DNA of 64,000 nucleotides from an uncultured Christensenellaceae bacterium (GTDB lineage: Bacteria; Bacillota; Clostridia; Christensenellales; Pumilibacteraceae), in the NCBI GenBank assembly GCA_910587025.1, contig CAJUKR010000003.1:116-64115 (forward strand), read 5' to 3'. Below the pieces are notes generated by a model, which was not told the origin of the DNA, did no database searches, and saw nothing but the letters and a program-made list of their open reading frames with translations. Positions within the stretch are counted from its first letter, which is position 1, and each line of letters starts with the position of its first letter. Positions 8,885 through 18,198 of the stretch are shown piece by piece. The position numbers and the translations under genes were made by a program.

Positions 8885-8913
8885 TTGACAAACTCACGGC
8901 AAGCGAGTATACT
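8885..8913 (+). promoter_or_regulatory. sigma-A promoter of proS
   Basis: TTGACA (8885-8890), a 17-nt spacer, then TATACT (8908-8913). Confidence 0.6.
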
Positions 8914-8949
8914 GTTTGCGTAATATAAAGCAAAAATATCGGAGCGACA

Positions 8950-10674
8950 ATGAAAGTAAGGAATTTACTCGGACAGCGTCTTAAAGACGTATCGGACGAA
9001 AGTCAGATCGAAAGTCAGATACTTATGACCAAGGGCGGGTACATGAAACTCATGGCGAGCGGAATTTACTCGCTTTTTATGCCCACTCAGCGTATCGCGC
9101 GCAAACTGCAACAGATCATCCGCGAGGAGATGGACGGCATCGACGGACAGGAAGTATTATTTCCCGTAGTCATGCCCGCGTCTCTTTGGCAGTCGTCGGG
9201 GCGGTACACGGGGATCGGGAGCGAAATGGCGCGTTTCAACGACCGCGGCGGCAATCCCATGGTGCTCGGAATGACGCACGAGGAAGCGGCGGTGCATATG
9301 GCGAACAATACCGCGCAGTCGTATACGCAGTATCCGTTCATGATATATCAGTTCCAGACCAAGTTCCGCGACGAGCCGCGTGCCCGCGGCGGGCTTATAC
9401 GCGTGCGCGAATTCACGATGAAAGACGCGTATTCGTTCCATACGTCGCAAGCCGATCTCGAAAAATATTACGACAGAGCGTACGACGCTTACGTTCGTAT
9501 TTTCAAGCGCGCGGGCGCGAAGAACGTAATTGCGGTCAAGTCGGATTCGGGCATGATGGGCGGCAAGGTTTCGCACGAATTCATGCTTCTTGCCGGAATA
9601 GGCGAGGACACTCTCGCGATCTGTCCCGAATGCGGTTATCGCGCCAATATGGAAGTCGCCGATTGCATTCTGAAAAACAAGTCCGGCAAGCTCGCGGAGC
9701 TTAAGAAAGTGGCTACGCCGAACAAGAAAAGCATAGAAGAAGTCTGCGCTTTCCTCGGAAGAGAAAAGGATACGACCGCAAAAGCCGTCGTTTATCAGGA
9801 AAACGCAACCGACGAATATGTGATCGTATTTATCCGCGGCGATCTCGAAGTCAACGAAACGAAACTTCGCAATCTGCTGAAAAAAGAGATACATCCGGCT
9901 GTCGAGATTACGCCCGAAAGCGGCATCGTGCCAGGTTTTATCGGCGCGTACGGACTCGAGACGGATGCGACCGTCGTGTTCGACCGTTCGCTCGAAGGAA
10001 TAGAAGATCTCGTTGCCGGCGGCAACGAACAGGATATTCATTATACCGGGTTCAATATCGCGCGCGACTACGGAAAAGTCGAGTACGTCGACGTGGCGAA
10101 AGCTGCGGCGGGCGGCATATGTCCGAATTGCGGCAAACCCGCTCTTACCGTGCGCAGAGGAATCGAGGTGGGAAACATATTCCAGCTCGGCGACAAGTAT
10201 ACGAAGTCCATGGGAATGACTTATCTCGATTCGGATAATACGGAAAAGAATCCGATCATGGGCTGTTACGGTATAGGAGTCGGACGGCTTATAGCTTCGA
10301 TCTGCGAAGAAAGTCACGACGCTTACGGTCCCATATGGCCGATCTCGATTTCGCCGTGGCAGGTGGAAGTGTGCAATCTCCGAGTTACCGACGACAGTGT
10401 GCGCTCGGTTGCGGAAAAGCTGGTGAGCGATCTCGAGGCGAAAGGCGTGGAAGTCCTTTACGACGATCGCGAAGTCCGTCCCGGCTTCATGTTCGCCGAC
10501 GCAGATCTGTTCGGCGTGCCCGTGCGTGTCGTCGTCAGTCAGAAGACATGCGAACGCGGCGTGGTCGAAGTATCGACACGCGATAAAAGTCTCAAGACCG
10601 AATTCGGCATGGCGGAAGCGGCGGAGCGCATAAGCGGTCTTGTCGCGGATATGCTTGCGAAACTGAACGGATAA
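8950..10674 (+). CDS. proS: proline--tRNA ligase (bacterial type with INS editing domain)
   Basis: 574 aa. Class II motifs include 'FRDEPRARGGLIRVREFTMKDAYSF' and 'MGCYGIGVGRL', and an inserted editing domain is present. Confidence 0.96.
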   Translation: MKVRNLLGQRLKDVSDESQIESQILMTKGGYMKLMASGIYSLFMPTQRIARKLQQIIREEMDGIDGQEVLFPVVMPASLWQSSGRYTGIGSEMARFNDRGGNPMVLGMTHEEAAVHMANNTAQSYTQYPFMIYQFQTKFRDEPRARGGLIRVREFTMKDAYSFHTSQADLEKYYDRAYDAYVRIFKRAGAKNVIAVKSDSGMMGGKVSHEFMLLAGIGEDTLAICPECGYRANMEVADCILKNKSGKLAELKKVATPNKKSIEEVCAFLGREKDTTAKAVVYQENATDEYVIVFIRGDLEVNETKLRNLLKKEIHPAVEITPESGIVPGFIGAYGLETDATVVFDRSLEGIEDLVAGGNEQDIHYTGFNIARDYGKVEYVDVAKAAAGGICPNCGKPALTVRRGIEVGNIFQLGDKYTKSMGMTYLDSDNTEKNPIMGCYGIGVGRLIASICEESHDAYGPIWPISISPWQVEVCNLRVTDDSVRSVAEKLVSDLEAKGVEVLYDDREVRPGFMFADADLFGVPVRVVVSQKTCERGVVEVSTRDKSLKTEFGMAEAAERISGLVADMLAKLNG

Positions 10675-10698
10675 GCGCGGCGGGGCAAGGAGTTACGT

Positions 10699-11877
10699 AT
10701 GAAAAAATACAGACTGTTCTCTTCGGAGAGCGTTACCGAAGGACATCCCGACAAGGTTTGCGATCTGATCGCGGACAGAGTGCTCGACGCGGCGCTCGAG
10801 GGCGATCCGAAGAGCAGGGTCGCCGTCGAGGTATGCGCATCTACGGGCTTTGTAATGATCTTCGGCGAGATGACGACGAAGAGCGATATAGACATCGAAG
10901 GCATAGCGCGCGATACGCTTCGTTATATAGGTTATACGGCCGAAAGCGGCATAGATCCCGACGCCTGCGAGATCGTCGTGAGAATGGATCGTCAGTCGCC
11001 CGATATATCCATGGGCGTTACGCGATCGCTCGAAGCGCGTTACGGCGACGGCGAAGACGTCGGCAATAAGCTCGGTGCGGGCGATCAGGGTATGATGTTC
11101 GGTTATGCCGACAGCGAAACGGAAGAGCTTATGCCGCTTCCGATCAGCCTGGCTCACAGGCTGAGCCGCAGACTAACCGAAGTGCGAAAAAGCGGATTGC
11201 TCGGTTATCTCCGTCCTGACGGAAAAGTGCAGGTGACGGTCGCATACGATGGCGCCGTGCCGCATCATATCGATACGGTGGTGATTTCTTCGCAGCATGA
11301 CGAAACAGTCGGGCTCGAAACCATACAGGATGATTTGAAGCGCGAAGTCGCGGAACACGTAATAGACAAAAGCCTTCTTACGGCCGATACGAAATACCTT
11401 ATAAATCCTTCGGGTCGGTTCGTTCTCGGCGGCCCCGCGGGCGACAGCGGCGTGACGGGCAGAAAGATTATCGTCGATACTTACGGCGGAATGATCCCGC
11501 ACGGCGGCGGCGCATTCTCGGGCAAAGACCCGACTAAGGTCGATCGCTCTGCAAGCTATTACGCGCGTTACGTCTGCAAGAACATGGTCGCGGCAGGCGC
11601 GGCGGATAAGCTCGAACTTCAGGTCGCATATGCGATAGGACGCGCGCATCCCGTTTCAGTGTGCGTAAACTCGTTCGGGACAGGGAAAAAGAGCGATGAA
11701 GAATTGCTCGGCATTATCGAAAAGGTTTTCGATTTCCGTCCGCATTCGATAATACATGAACTCGGGCTGTCGTCGCCCATATACTCCGCGTCCACGAATT
11801 ACGGGCATTTCGGTAAAAACGGATTGCCTTGGGAGAAAACGGACAAAGCCGCCGAGATAAAAAAGTATCTCGCATAA
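10699..11877 (+). CDS. metK: S-adenosylmethionine synthase
   Basis: 392 aa with '[16 protein letters not shown]', '[12 protein letters not shown]' and '[16 protein letters not shown]'. Confidence 0.98.
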   Translation: MKKYRLFSSESVTEGHPDKVCDLIADRVLDAALEGDPKSRVAVEVCASTGFVMIFGEMTTKSDIDIEGIARDTLRYIGYTAESGIDPDACEIVVRMDRQSPDISMGVTRSLEARYGDGEDVGNKLGAGDQGMMFGYADSETEELMPLPISLAHRLSRRLTEVRKSGLLGYLRPDGKVQVTVAYDGAVPHHIDTVVISSQHDETVGLETIQDDLKREVAEHVIDKSLLTADTKYLINPSGRFVLGGPAGDSGVTGRKIIVDTYGGMIPHGGGAFSGKDPTKVDRSASYYARYVCKNMVAAGAADKLELQVAYAIGRAHPVSVCVNSFGTGKKSDEELLGIIEKVFDFRPHSIIHELGLSSPIYSASTNYGHFGKNGLPWEKTDKAAEIKKYLA

Positions 11878-11935
11878 TACGAAAATACCCAAACACAAAG
11901 GCACGCCGACGGCGTGCTTTTCATATATAAGGGTT

Positions 11936-13177
11936 ATGCGTATTCATTTTATCGGGAGCGAAGGGGTGAGCATGAAGTGGCTCGCCGAATACTATGCCGA
12001 CAGAGGTCATACGGTGAGCGGCTCCGACGTAGTCACGGGCGGACACGCCGCGGAAAAAGTCCGCGATGCCGATCTCGTGATTTATACGTCGGCTATTCCC
12101 GAAACGAACGTCGAGCTTTCGGAAGCGCGGCGGCTCGGCAAAAAAATTCTGACGCGCGCGGAAGCGCTCGGCGAAATATCGCGTACTTTTCCTTTCCTGA
12201 TCGCTGTCGCGGGCACACACGGAAAGTCCACTGTTACGGCTATGACGGCTGCGGCGCTCGGACGGAGCGATCCCGCCATGCATCTCGGCGGTACGGTGGG
12301 AGGCAAGCGCGGCGGTACTACCGGAAACGTGCTCGTCGCCGAAGCATGCGAATATATGCGTAACTTTCTTACGCTTTCTCCCGATGTCGGCGTGATACTC
12401 AATATGGAACTCGATCATACCGATTGCTATAAGTCCGAAACGGAATTGATCGAAGCGTTCGCGGCGTTCGCGGCGCGTTGCAAGTCGGTCGTGCTCCCGT
12501 GCGAACTTTCTTATCTATGTCCGGATAAAGCCGTAGGCGTCGGTCTGACCGGTGAATACGCCCTTATCGGCGAAGAGCGCATTCCGTCGGGCACGCGTAT
12601 AACCGTCAAAACACCGGACGGAGTGCGCACGTTCGATACGCTTTTATACGGCAGGCACAATGCGCTCAATGCGGTATTCGCCGTCGCCGCGGCGCGTATG
12701 TACGGCGCGGATTATACCGACATCGCGGATGGACTTTCGGCTTTTGCGGGCGTGGACAGACGGATGCAGTTTGTCGGAAACGCGTGCGGTCTACCGCTGT
12801 TGTCCGATTACGCGCATCATCCTACCGAGATCTCCGCAAGCCTGGATTCGTTGTCTGCGCTCGGCTATTCCCGTCCTCTCGTTGTTTTTCAACCGCATAC
12901 GTTCGGACGTTTGGCGGCATTTTCGGACGGATTTGCGCAAGCGCTCGGAAACGTGCGCACGATAATTCTTCCCGTCTTTCGCGCCCGCGGCGAGTCGGGC
13001 GGCGCAAGTTCGCTCGGTCTTGCCGATAAAATAAACGAACGCGGCGGGGAAGCCGTGGCTGCAACCGATTTTTCGGACGCGGCCGGGCTTGTTCGGTCGC
13101 TGTCGTACGATCGCGACGTAGTGATAGTCATGGGAGCGGGGGATAACGAGAAGTTATTACCGCTTGTGCGCGGATGA
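11936..13177 (+). CDS. murC: Mur ligase, MurC-like (UDP-N-acetylmuramate--L-alanine ligase), short and divergent
   Basis: 413 aa with 'AGTHGKSTVTAM', 'NMELDHTD', 'GRHNALNA' and 'DYAHHPTEI', colinear with MurC. The N-terminal Gly-rich loop is degenerate ('IGSEGVSM'). Confidence 0.75.
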   Translation: MRIHFIGSEGVSMKWLAEYYADRGHTVSGSDVVTGGHAAEKVRDADLVIYTSAIPETNVELSEARRLGKKILTRAEALGEISRTFPFLIAVAGTHGKSTVTAMTAAALGRSDPAMHLGGTVGGKRGGTTGNVLVAEACEYMRNFLTLSPDVGVILNMELDHTDCYKSETELIEAFAAFAARCKSVVLPCELSYLCPDKAVGVGLTGEYALIGEERIPSGTRITVKTPDGVRTFDTLLYGRHNALNAVFAVAAARMYGADYTDIADGLSAFAGVDRRMQFVGNACGLPLLSDYAHHPTEISASLDSLSALGYSRPLVVFQPHTFGRLAAFSDGFAQALGNVRTIILPVFRARGESGGASSLGLADKINERGGEAVAATDFSDAAGLVRSLSYDRDVVIVMGAGDNEKLLPLVRG

Positions 13178-13213
13178 CGGAAAAATAATAACGGCATTGT
13201 TATATTAATTTCC

Positions 13214-13242
13214 TTGCAAATATTCCCGAATTATATTATACT
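13214..13242 (+). promoter_or_regulatory. sigma-A promoter of mgsA
   Basis: TTGCAA (13214-13219), a 17-nt spacer, then TATACT (13237-13242). Confidence 0.55.
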
Positions 13243-13265
13243 GAAAGAAAAAACGAGGTGCACAA

Positions 13266-13643
13266 ATGAAAACGATCGCGCTTATTGCGCATGACAATAA
13301 AAAAGACGAAATGACGGAGTGGGCGAAAAGGAACAAGTCCGTTTTGTCCGATTACGAACTTTGCGGTACTGGTACGACGGCGAAGCTCGTTGCGGAAGCT
13401 ACAGGACTGGAAGTCAAAAGGTATCTGTCAGGTCCGCTCGGAGGAGATCAGCAGATCGGCGCGAAGATAGCCGAACGCAAGATCGACGTCGTGATATTCT
13501 TCTGGGATCCGCTTCAGGCGCAGCCGCACGACCCCGACGTAAAAGCTCTGCTCCGTATTGCGGTCGTATACGATATTCCGATCGCGACGAATAAAGCCAC
13601 CGCGGATTATGTGGTGACTTCGCCGCTTCTTTCGAAAGAGTAA
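13266..13643 (+). CDS. mgsA: methylglyoxal synthase
   Basis: 125 aa with '[11 protein letters not shown]', 'LCGTGTTA', '[11 protein letters not shown]' and '[18 protein letters not shown]'. Confidence 0.95.
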   Translation: MKTIALIAHDNKKDEMTEWAKRNKSVLSDYELCGTGTTAKLVAEATGLEVKRYLSGPLGGDQQIGAKIAERKIDVVIFFWDPLQAQPHDPDVKALLRIAVVYDIPIATNKATADYVVTSPLLSKE

Positions 13644-13669
13644 AACTTACATAAAAACGGCGGGAACGG

Positions 13670-14770
13670 TCATGTGCCGTTTCCGCCGTTTCGATTTGGG
13701 TCGGTCAGATCTCCGTTTACGCAACGGACGGTATATGCGTCCGTGTCGCCGTTCCACATACCGCTTTTTTCGATTTTTCCCCATTGCTCGGTTGTGCCTT
13801 TGAACGTTATATCCGTAATTGTACGGTTGTCGGCATTATCGAGTTGCGTCGGCAGTTCGTTTATTTCGGCTCTCAATCCGTCGCATAGGGATGAGAGCTT
13901 TTTTATTTTTTCGTCGAACGATATGAGATTTTCGTCGGACACGCTTCCCGTCTTTTCCAGCAGAAAATCGCGGTATGCATCCCGCTCCCGAACAAGCGCC
14001 TCGACAGTCGCGGAATTGTCTGCGATTTCTTTTTTATAAACGTCGATTTGCGATTCGAGATATTCTTTGCCCGGACCGTTTTTATTTTTGTGAAACGCAA
14101 AATCGTCTATACGGACGACGCTTTCGGGAATGATTGTTTTTTCGAGCGCCCGACAGCCGCCGAAAGCATAATATCCGACGGCAGTGGTTCCGTCCGGGAT
14201 GATAACGAGCTTGAGCGCTTTGTTGTCGGAAAACGCATAGTCGCATATTATTTTCGTGTTTTCGTGCAGAACGTAATTCGCGCTCGCGGCAGTCATCGGT
14301 CCGATCAATGCGTGATACGGATTTTCGTCGCTACCGAGATATTTCACATTTCGGTAAACGGTGTATTCGAGTGAAGAACAACCGCAAAATGCCGAAGCGT
14401 TCACGGAAGAAACGCTGTCGGGAAAACTTATGCGTTTGAGCTTTCTGCAATTAAGAAAAGCGCAACGTCCTATAACGGACACGCCGTTGCCGATTTCTAT
14501 TTTTTCTATGCGATCGTTGCCAGAAAATGCTTCGTCGGCTATCGCGATTACCGATCTGCCGTTATGTATCGACGGGATGTCGACAGCGGTCGAATTGCCG
14601 ACATAGCCTGTAACCGCATACCCGTCGCGATATTCTTCGAATATCAGCCCCTCGGGTCGGGCGGAAATACCGTCGTCCCATCCGCAGCCAACGACGAGTA
14701 TGCAGATTACGGCGCACGCAACCATCGGTAATAAAATCTTCGGAAGTTTTTTTATCGGCAGGTAAAACAT
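13670..14770 (-). CDS. BspA-type leucine-rich-repeat surface lipoprotein
   Basis: 366 aa with lipobox 'LVVGC'. It has repeated 'AF.gC..L..I.IP.SV..I...AF' units, then a coiled-coil segment and a small C-terminal 'FKGTTEQWGKI...VRCVNGDL' module. Confidence 0.8.
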   Translation of the reverse strand: MFYLPIKKLPKILLPMVACAVICILVVGCGWDDGISARPEGLIFEEYRDGYAVTGYVGNSTAVDIPSIHNGRSVIAIADEAFSGNDRIEKIEIGNGVSVIGRCAFLNCRKLKRISFPDSVSSVNASAFCGCSSLEYTVYRNVKYLGSDENPYHALIGPMTAASANYVLHENTKIICDYAFSDNKALKLVIIPDGTTAVGYYAFGGCRALEKTIIPESVVRIDDFAFHKNKNGPGKEYLESQIDVYKKEIADNSATVEALVRERDAYRDFLLEKTGSVSDENLISFDEKIKKLSSLCDGLRAEINELPTQLDNADNRTITDITFKGTTEQWGKIEKSGMWNGDTDAYTVRCVNGDLTDPNRNGGNGT

Positions 14771-14813
14771 ATGAAATCGACAATATAATCATCATATAAA
14801 GTCAAATATAAGT

Positions 14814-14825
14814 ATACTATAGTAT
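14814..14825. promoter_or_regulatory. candidate operator, perfect 12-bp palindrome ATACTATAGTAT
   Basis: It lies in the divergent LRR/XRE intergenic region. A TAGTAT half-site recurs at about 14855. Confidence 0.3.
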
Positions 14826-14915
14826 TTTAATAATGTCAATTGATTTGTATATAATAGTATTGTAAAATCGGTCGGGGTATGTTGCTCCGAGATATGCGAA
14901 GGGCTGTGGCTGATT

Positions 14916-15194
14916 ATGTTGAACGAGAATATCAAAAGATTGCGAATATCGAGAAACCAGACTCAGGTGGAACTTGCCGATGCTATGAGCGTGAGCAAAC
15001 AGTGCGTTTCGAATTGGGAAAACGACAACGTTCAGCCGTCGGTGGAAATGCTTGTCAAACTTGCAAACTATTTCGATGTTTCCACCGATTATCTTCTCGG
15101 TCTCGATCAGAGCGATACGGTCAGTTTGGACGGATTGACGGACAAAGAATCGGCTCATATAAAAATGATCGTCGCCGATCTGAAATCGAAGTAG
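14916..15194 (+). CDS. XRE-family helix-turn-helix transcriptional regulator
   Basis: 92 aa with 'RISRNQTQVELADAMSVSKQCVSNWENDNVQPSVEMLVKLANYFDVSTDYLLG'. Confidence 0.88.
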   Translation: MLNENIKRLRISRNQTQVELADAMSVSKQCVSNWENDNVQPSVEMLVKLANYFDVSTDYLLGLDQSDTVSLDGLTDKESAHIKMIVADLKSK

Positions 15195-15208
15195 GACAGG
15201 GGTAACGA

Positions 15209-15236
15209 AAAAGCCGCGGAAGTTCCGCAGCTTTTA
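15209..15236. terminator. possible bidirectional terminator between the XRE gene and leuA
   Basis: Hairpin AAGCCGCGGA / TCCGCAGCTT with one mismatch, flanked by A-rich sequence on one side and T-rich on the other. Confidence 0.45.
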
Positions 15237-15265
15237 TATTTGTATTTCGGTAATTGTCTTTTGCG

Positions 15266-16954
<1,689 letters not shown>

Positions 16955-16957
16955 GTT

Positions 16958-17262
16958 GACTCCTTCGGGGCAAAAATAAAGCCCCTTAACGTGAAAGTTA
17001 AGAGACGAACGAATCCGCGGTACCACTCTTATTCCGACTTTTATGTCGGCGCTTTGCAGGATACAATCATATCCCTTCCCGTCTGACGCGGGGAACTTAC
17101 GTCGCAGTCTACTTGGGAACAATCCCGTTCGGTGCGCGGCTTGACATCCTTTATGGCGAGTTCGTTCCGTCCGAAGTCATCGTCGTTACACCAAACCGAC
17201 GTTCTCTGCGCACTCGCGGCGGAAGTACTATTCCTGTAAGGCATTGCCTTTATATTCGATTT
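16958..17262 (-). promoter_or_regulatory. T-box leader (leucine, CUC specifier) controlling leuA
   Basis: The minus strand reads the AGAGA box, then ..GAACGAA-CUC-GCC (specifier at 17158-17160), then the T-box sequence AAGAGUGGUACCGCGG (about 17007-17024). A terminator follows: CUCUUAAC-UUUCAC-GUUAAGGG plus GCUUUAUUUUU. Confidence 0.82.
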
Positions 17263-17267
17263 ATGTG

Positions 17268-17296
17268 ATTATATCTTAAAAAGTTCTTTTTGTCAA
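17268..17296 (-). promoter_or_regulatory. consensus sigma-A promoter of the T-box/leuA transcript
   Basis: On the minus strand: TTGACA (17296-17291), a 17-nt spacer, then TATAAT (17273-17268). Confidence 0.7.
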
Positions 17297-17365
17297 GAGT
17301 TTTTACCGCAGTTGGGAGAGAATATTTCCGAATGTCGATATTTTGCGAAACGGTCGCGAAATCAC

Positions 17366-17395
17366 TTGACTTGGATTATGTCGTTGTTGTATAAT
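17366..17395 (+). promoter_or_regulatory. sigma-A promoter of rplU-rpmA
   Basis: TTGACT (17366-17371), an 18-nt spacer, then TATAAT (17390-17395). The 5' UTR is about 90 nt. Confidence 0.5.
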
Positions 17396-17487
17396 ACTCC
17401 AGAACCGCGCGGAACGGGTCTTTTAATGTGCGCCGATTCGGTGTGCAACCTTTGCCGGCGGAAACATCAAGTGAAGGAGGTAGCTAA

Positions 17488-17787
17488 ATGTACGCAGTAA
17501 TACTCACGGGCGGCAAACAGTACAAAGTCGAAGCGGGCGACGTTATCGAGGTGGAAAAACTCGAGGGCGAAGCAGGCGCAAAGGTGGAGTTCACCGCTAT
17601 TATGACCGTTGACGGCGACAAAGTTGCGGTAGGCGCAGACGTCAAAGCAAAGGTAAGCGGAGAGATCGTCAAACAGGGCAAGACCAAAAAAATCGTCGTG
17701 TTCAAGTATAAGGCAAAGAAGAACGAGCGCGTCAAGAACGGTCACAGACAGGCATTCACGAAAGTGAAGATCACGAATATTGCTTAA
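17488..17787 (+). CDS. rplU: 50S ribosomal protein L21
   Basis: 99 aa starting '[25 protein letters not shown]', behind a GAAGGAGG Shine-Dalgarno. Confidence 0.97.
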   Translation: MYAVILTGGKQYKVEAGDVIEVEKLEGEAGAKVEFTAIMTVDGDKVAVGADVKAKVSGEIVKQGKTKKIVVFKYKAKKNERVKNGHRQAFTKVKITNIA

Positions 17788-17807
17788 ACAATAAGGAGAT
17801 TATCAAA

Positions 17808-18095
17808 ATGAATATATTTGCATTCAGACCGCTTGTCCTCATGGCTCACAAAAAGGGCGGCGGCTCGACCAAAAATGGCAGAGACAGTAACGCACAGCGT
17901 CTCGGCGTCAAAAGATACGCGGGCGAAAACGTAAAAGCCGGCAATATCCTCGTCCGTCAGCGCGGAACCAAATTCCATGCGGGCGAAAACGTAGGCAGAG
18001 GCAGCGACGATACGCTTTTTGCGACCGCAGACGGCGTAGTCAAGTTCGAGAGATACGACAAGACCCGTAAGAAGGTTTCCGTATATCCCGCATAA
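17808..18095 (+). CDS. rpmA: 50S ribosomal protein L27 (start ambiguous: 17808 or 17841)
   Basis: Contains '[24 protein letters not shown]...[23 protein letters not shown]'. The AAGGAG Shine-Dalgarno serves the ATG at 17808, which adds an 11-residue '[11 protein letters not shown]' extension before 'MAHKK'. Confidence 0.93.
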   Translation: MNIFAFRPLVLMAHKKGGGSTKNGRDSNAQRLGVKRYAGENVKAGNILVRQRGTKFHAGENVGRGSDDTLFATADGVVKFERYDKTRKKVSVYPA

Positions 18096-18118
18096 ACAAA
18101 AACTATTATCGATACGAA

Positions 18119-18148
18119 ACGGACAGGTACAACCTGTCCGTTTTTTTC
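18119..18148 (+). terminator. intrinsic terminator after rpmA
   Basis: ACGGACAGG-TACAA-CCTGTCCGT followed by a T7 run. Confidence 0.85.
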
Positions 18149-18161
18149 ATTTGTAAAATCG

Positions 18162-18190
18162 TTGCTTAACTTTACGTTAAGTGGTATACT
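18162..18190 (+). promoter_or_regulatory. sigma-A promoter abutting the recD2 start (candidate leaderless)
   Basis: TTGCTT (18162-18167), a 17-nt spacer, then TGgTATACT (18185-18190). Only 8 nt remain before the ATG at 18199, and there is no Shine-Dalgarno. Confidence 0.55.
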
Positions 18191-18198
18191 TATTGTCG

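Noticed and set aside
17396-17487. The ~90-nt 5' UTR of rplU as a possible ribosomal-protein L21 leader RNA.
   Set aside because: The position and length are right for the Firmicutes L21 leader. However, I cannot reproduce its consensus from memory or show a convincing conserved fold, so I do not call it. A covariance-model scan (Rfam) would decide.
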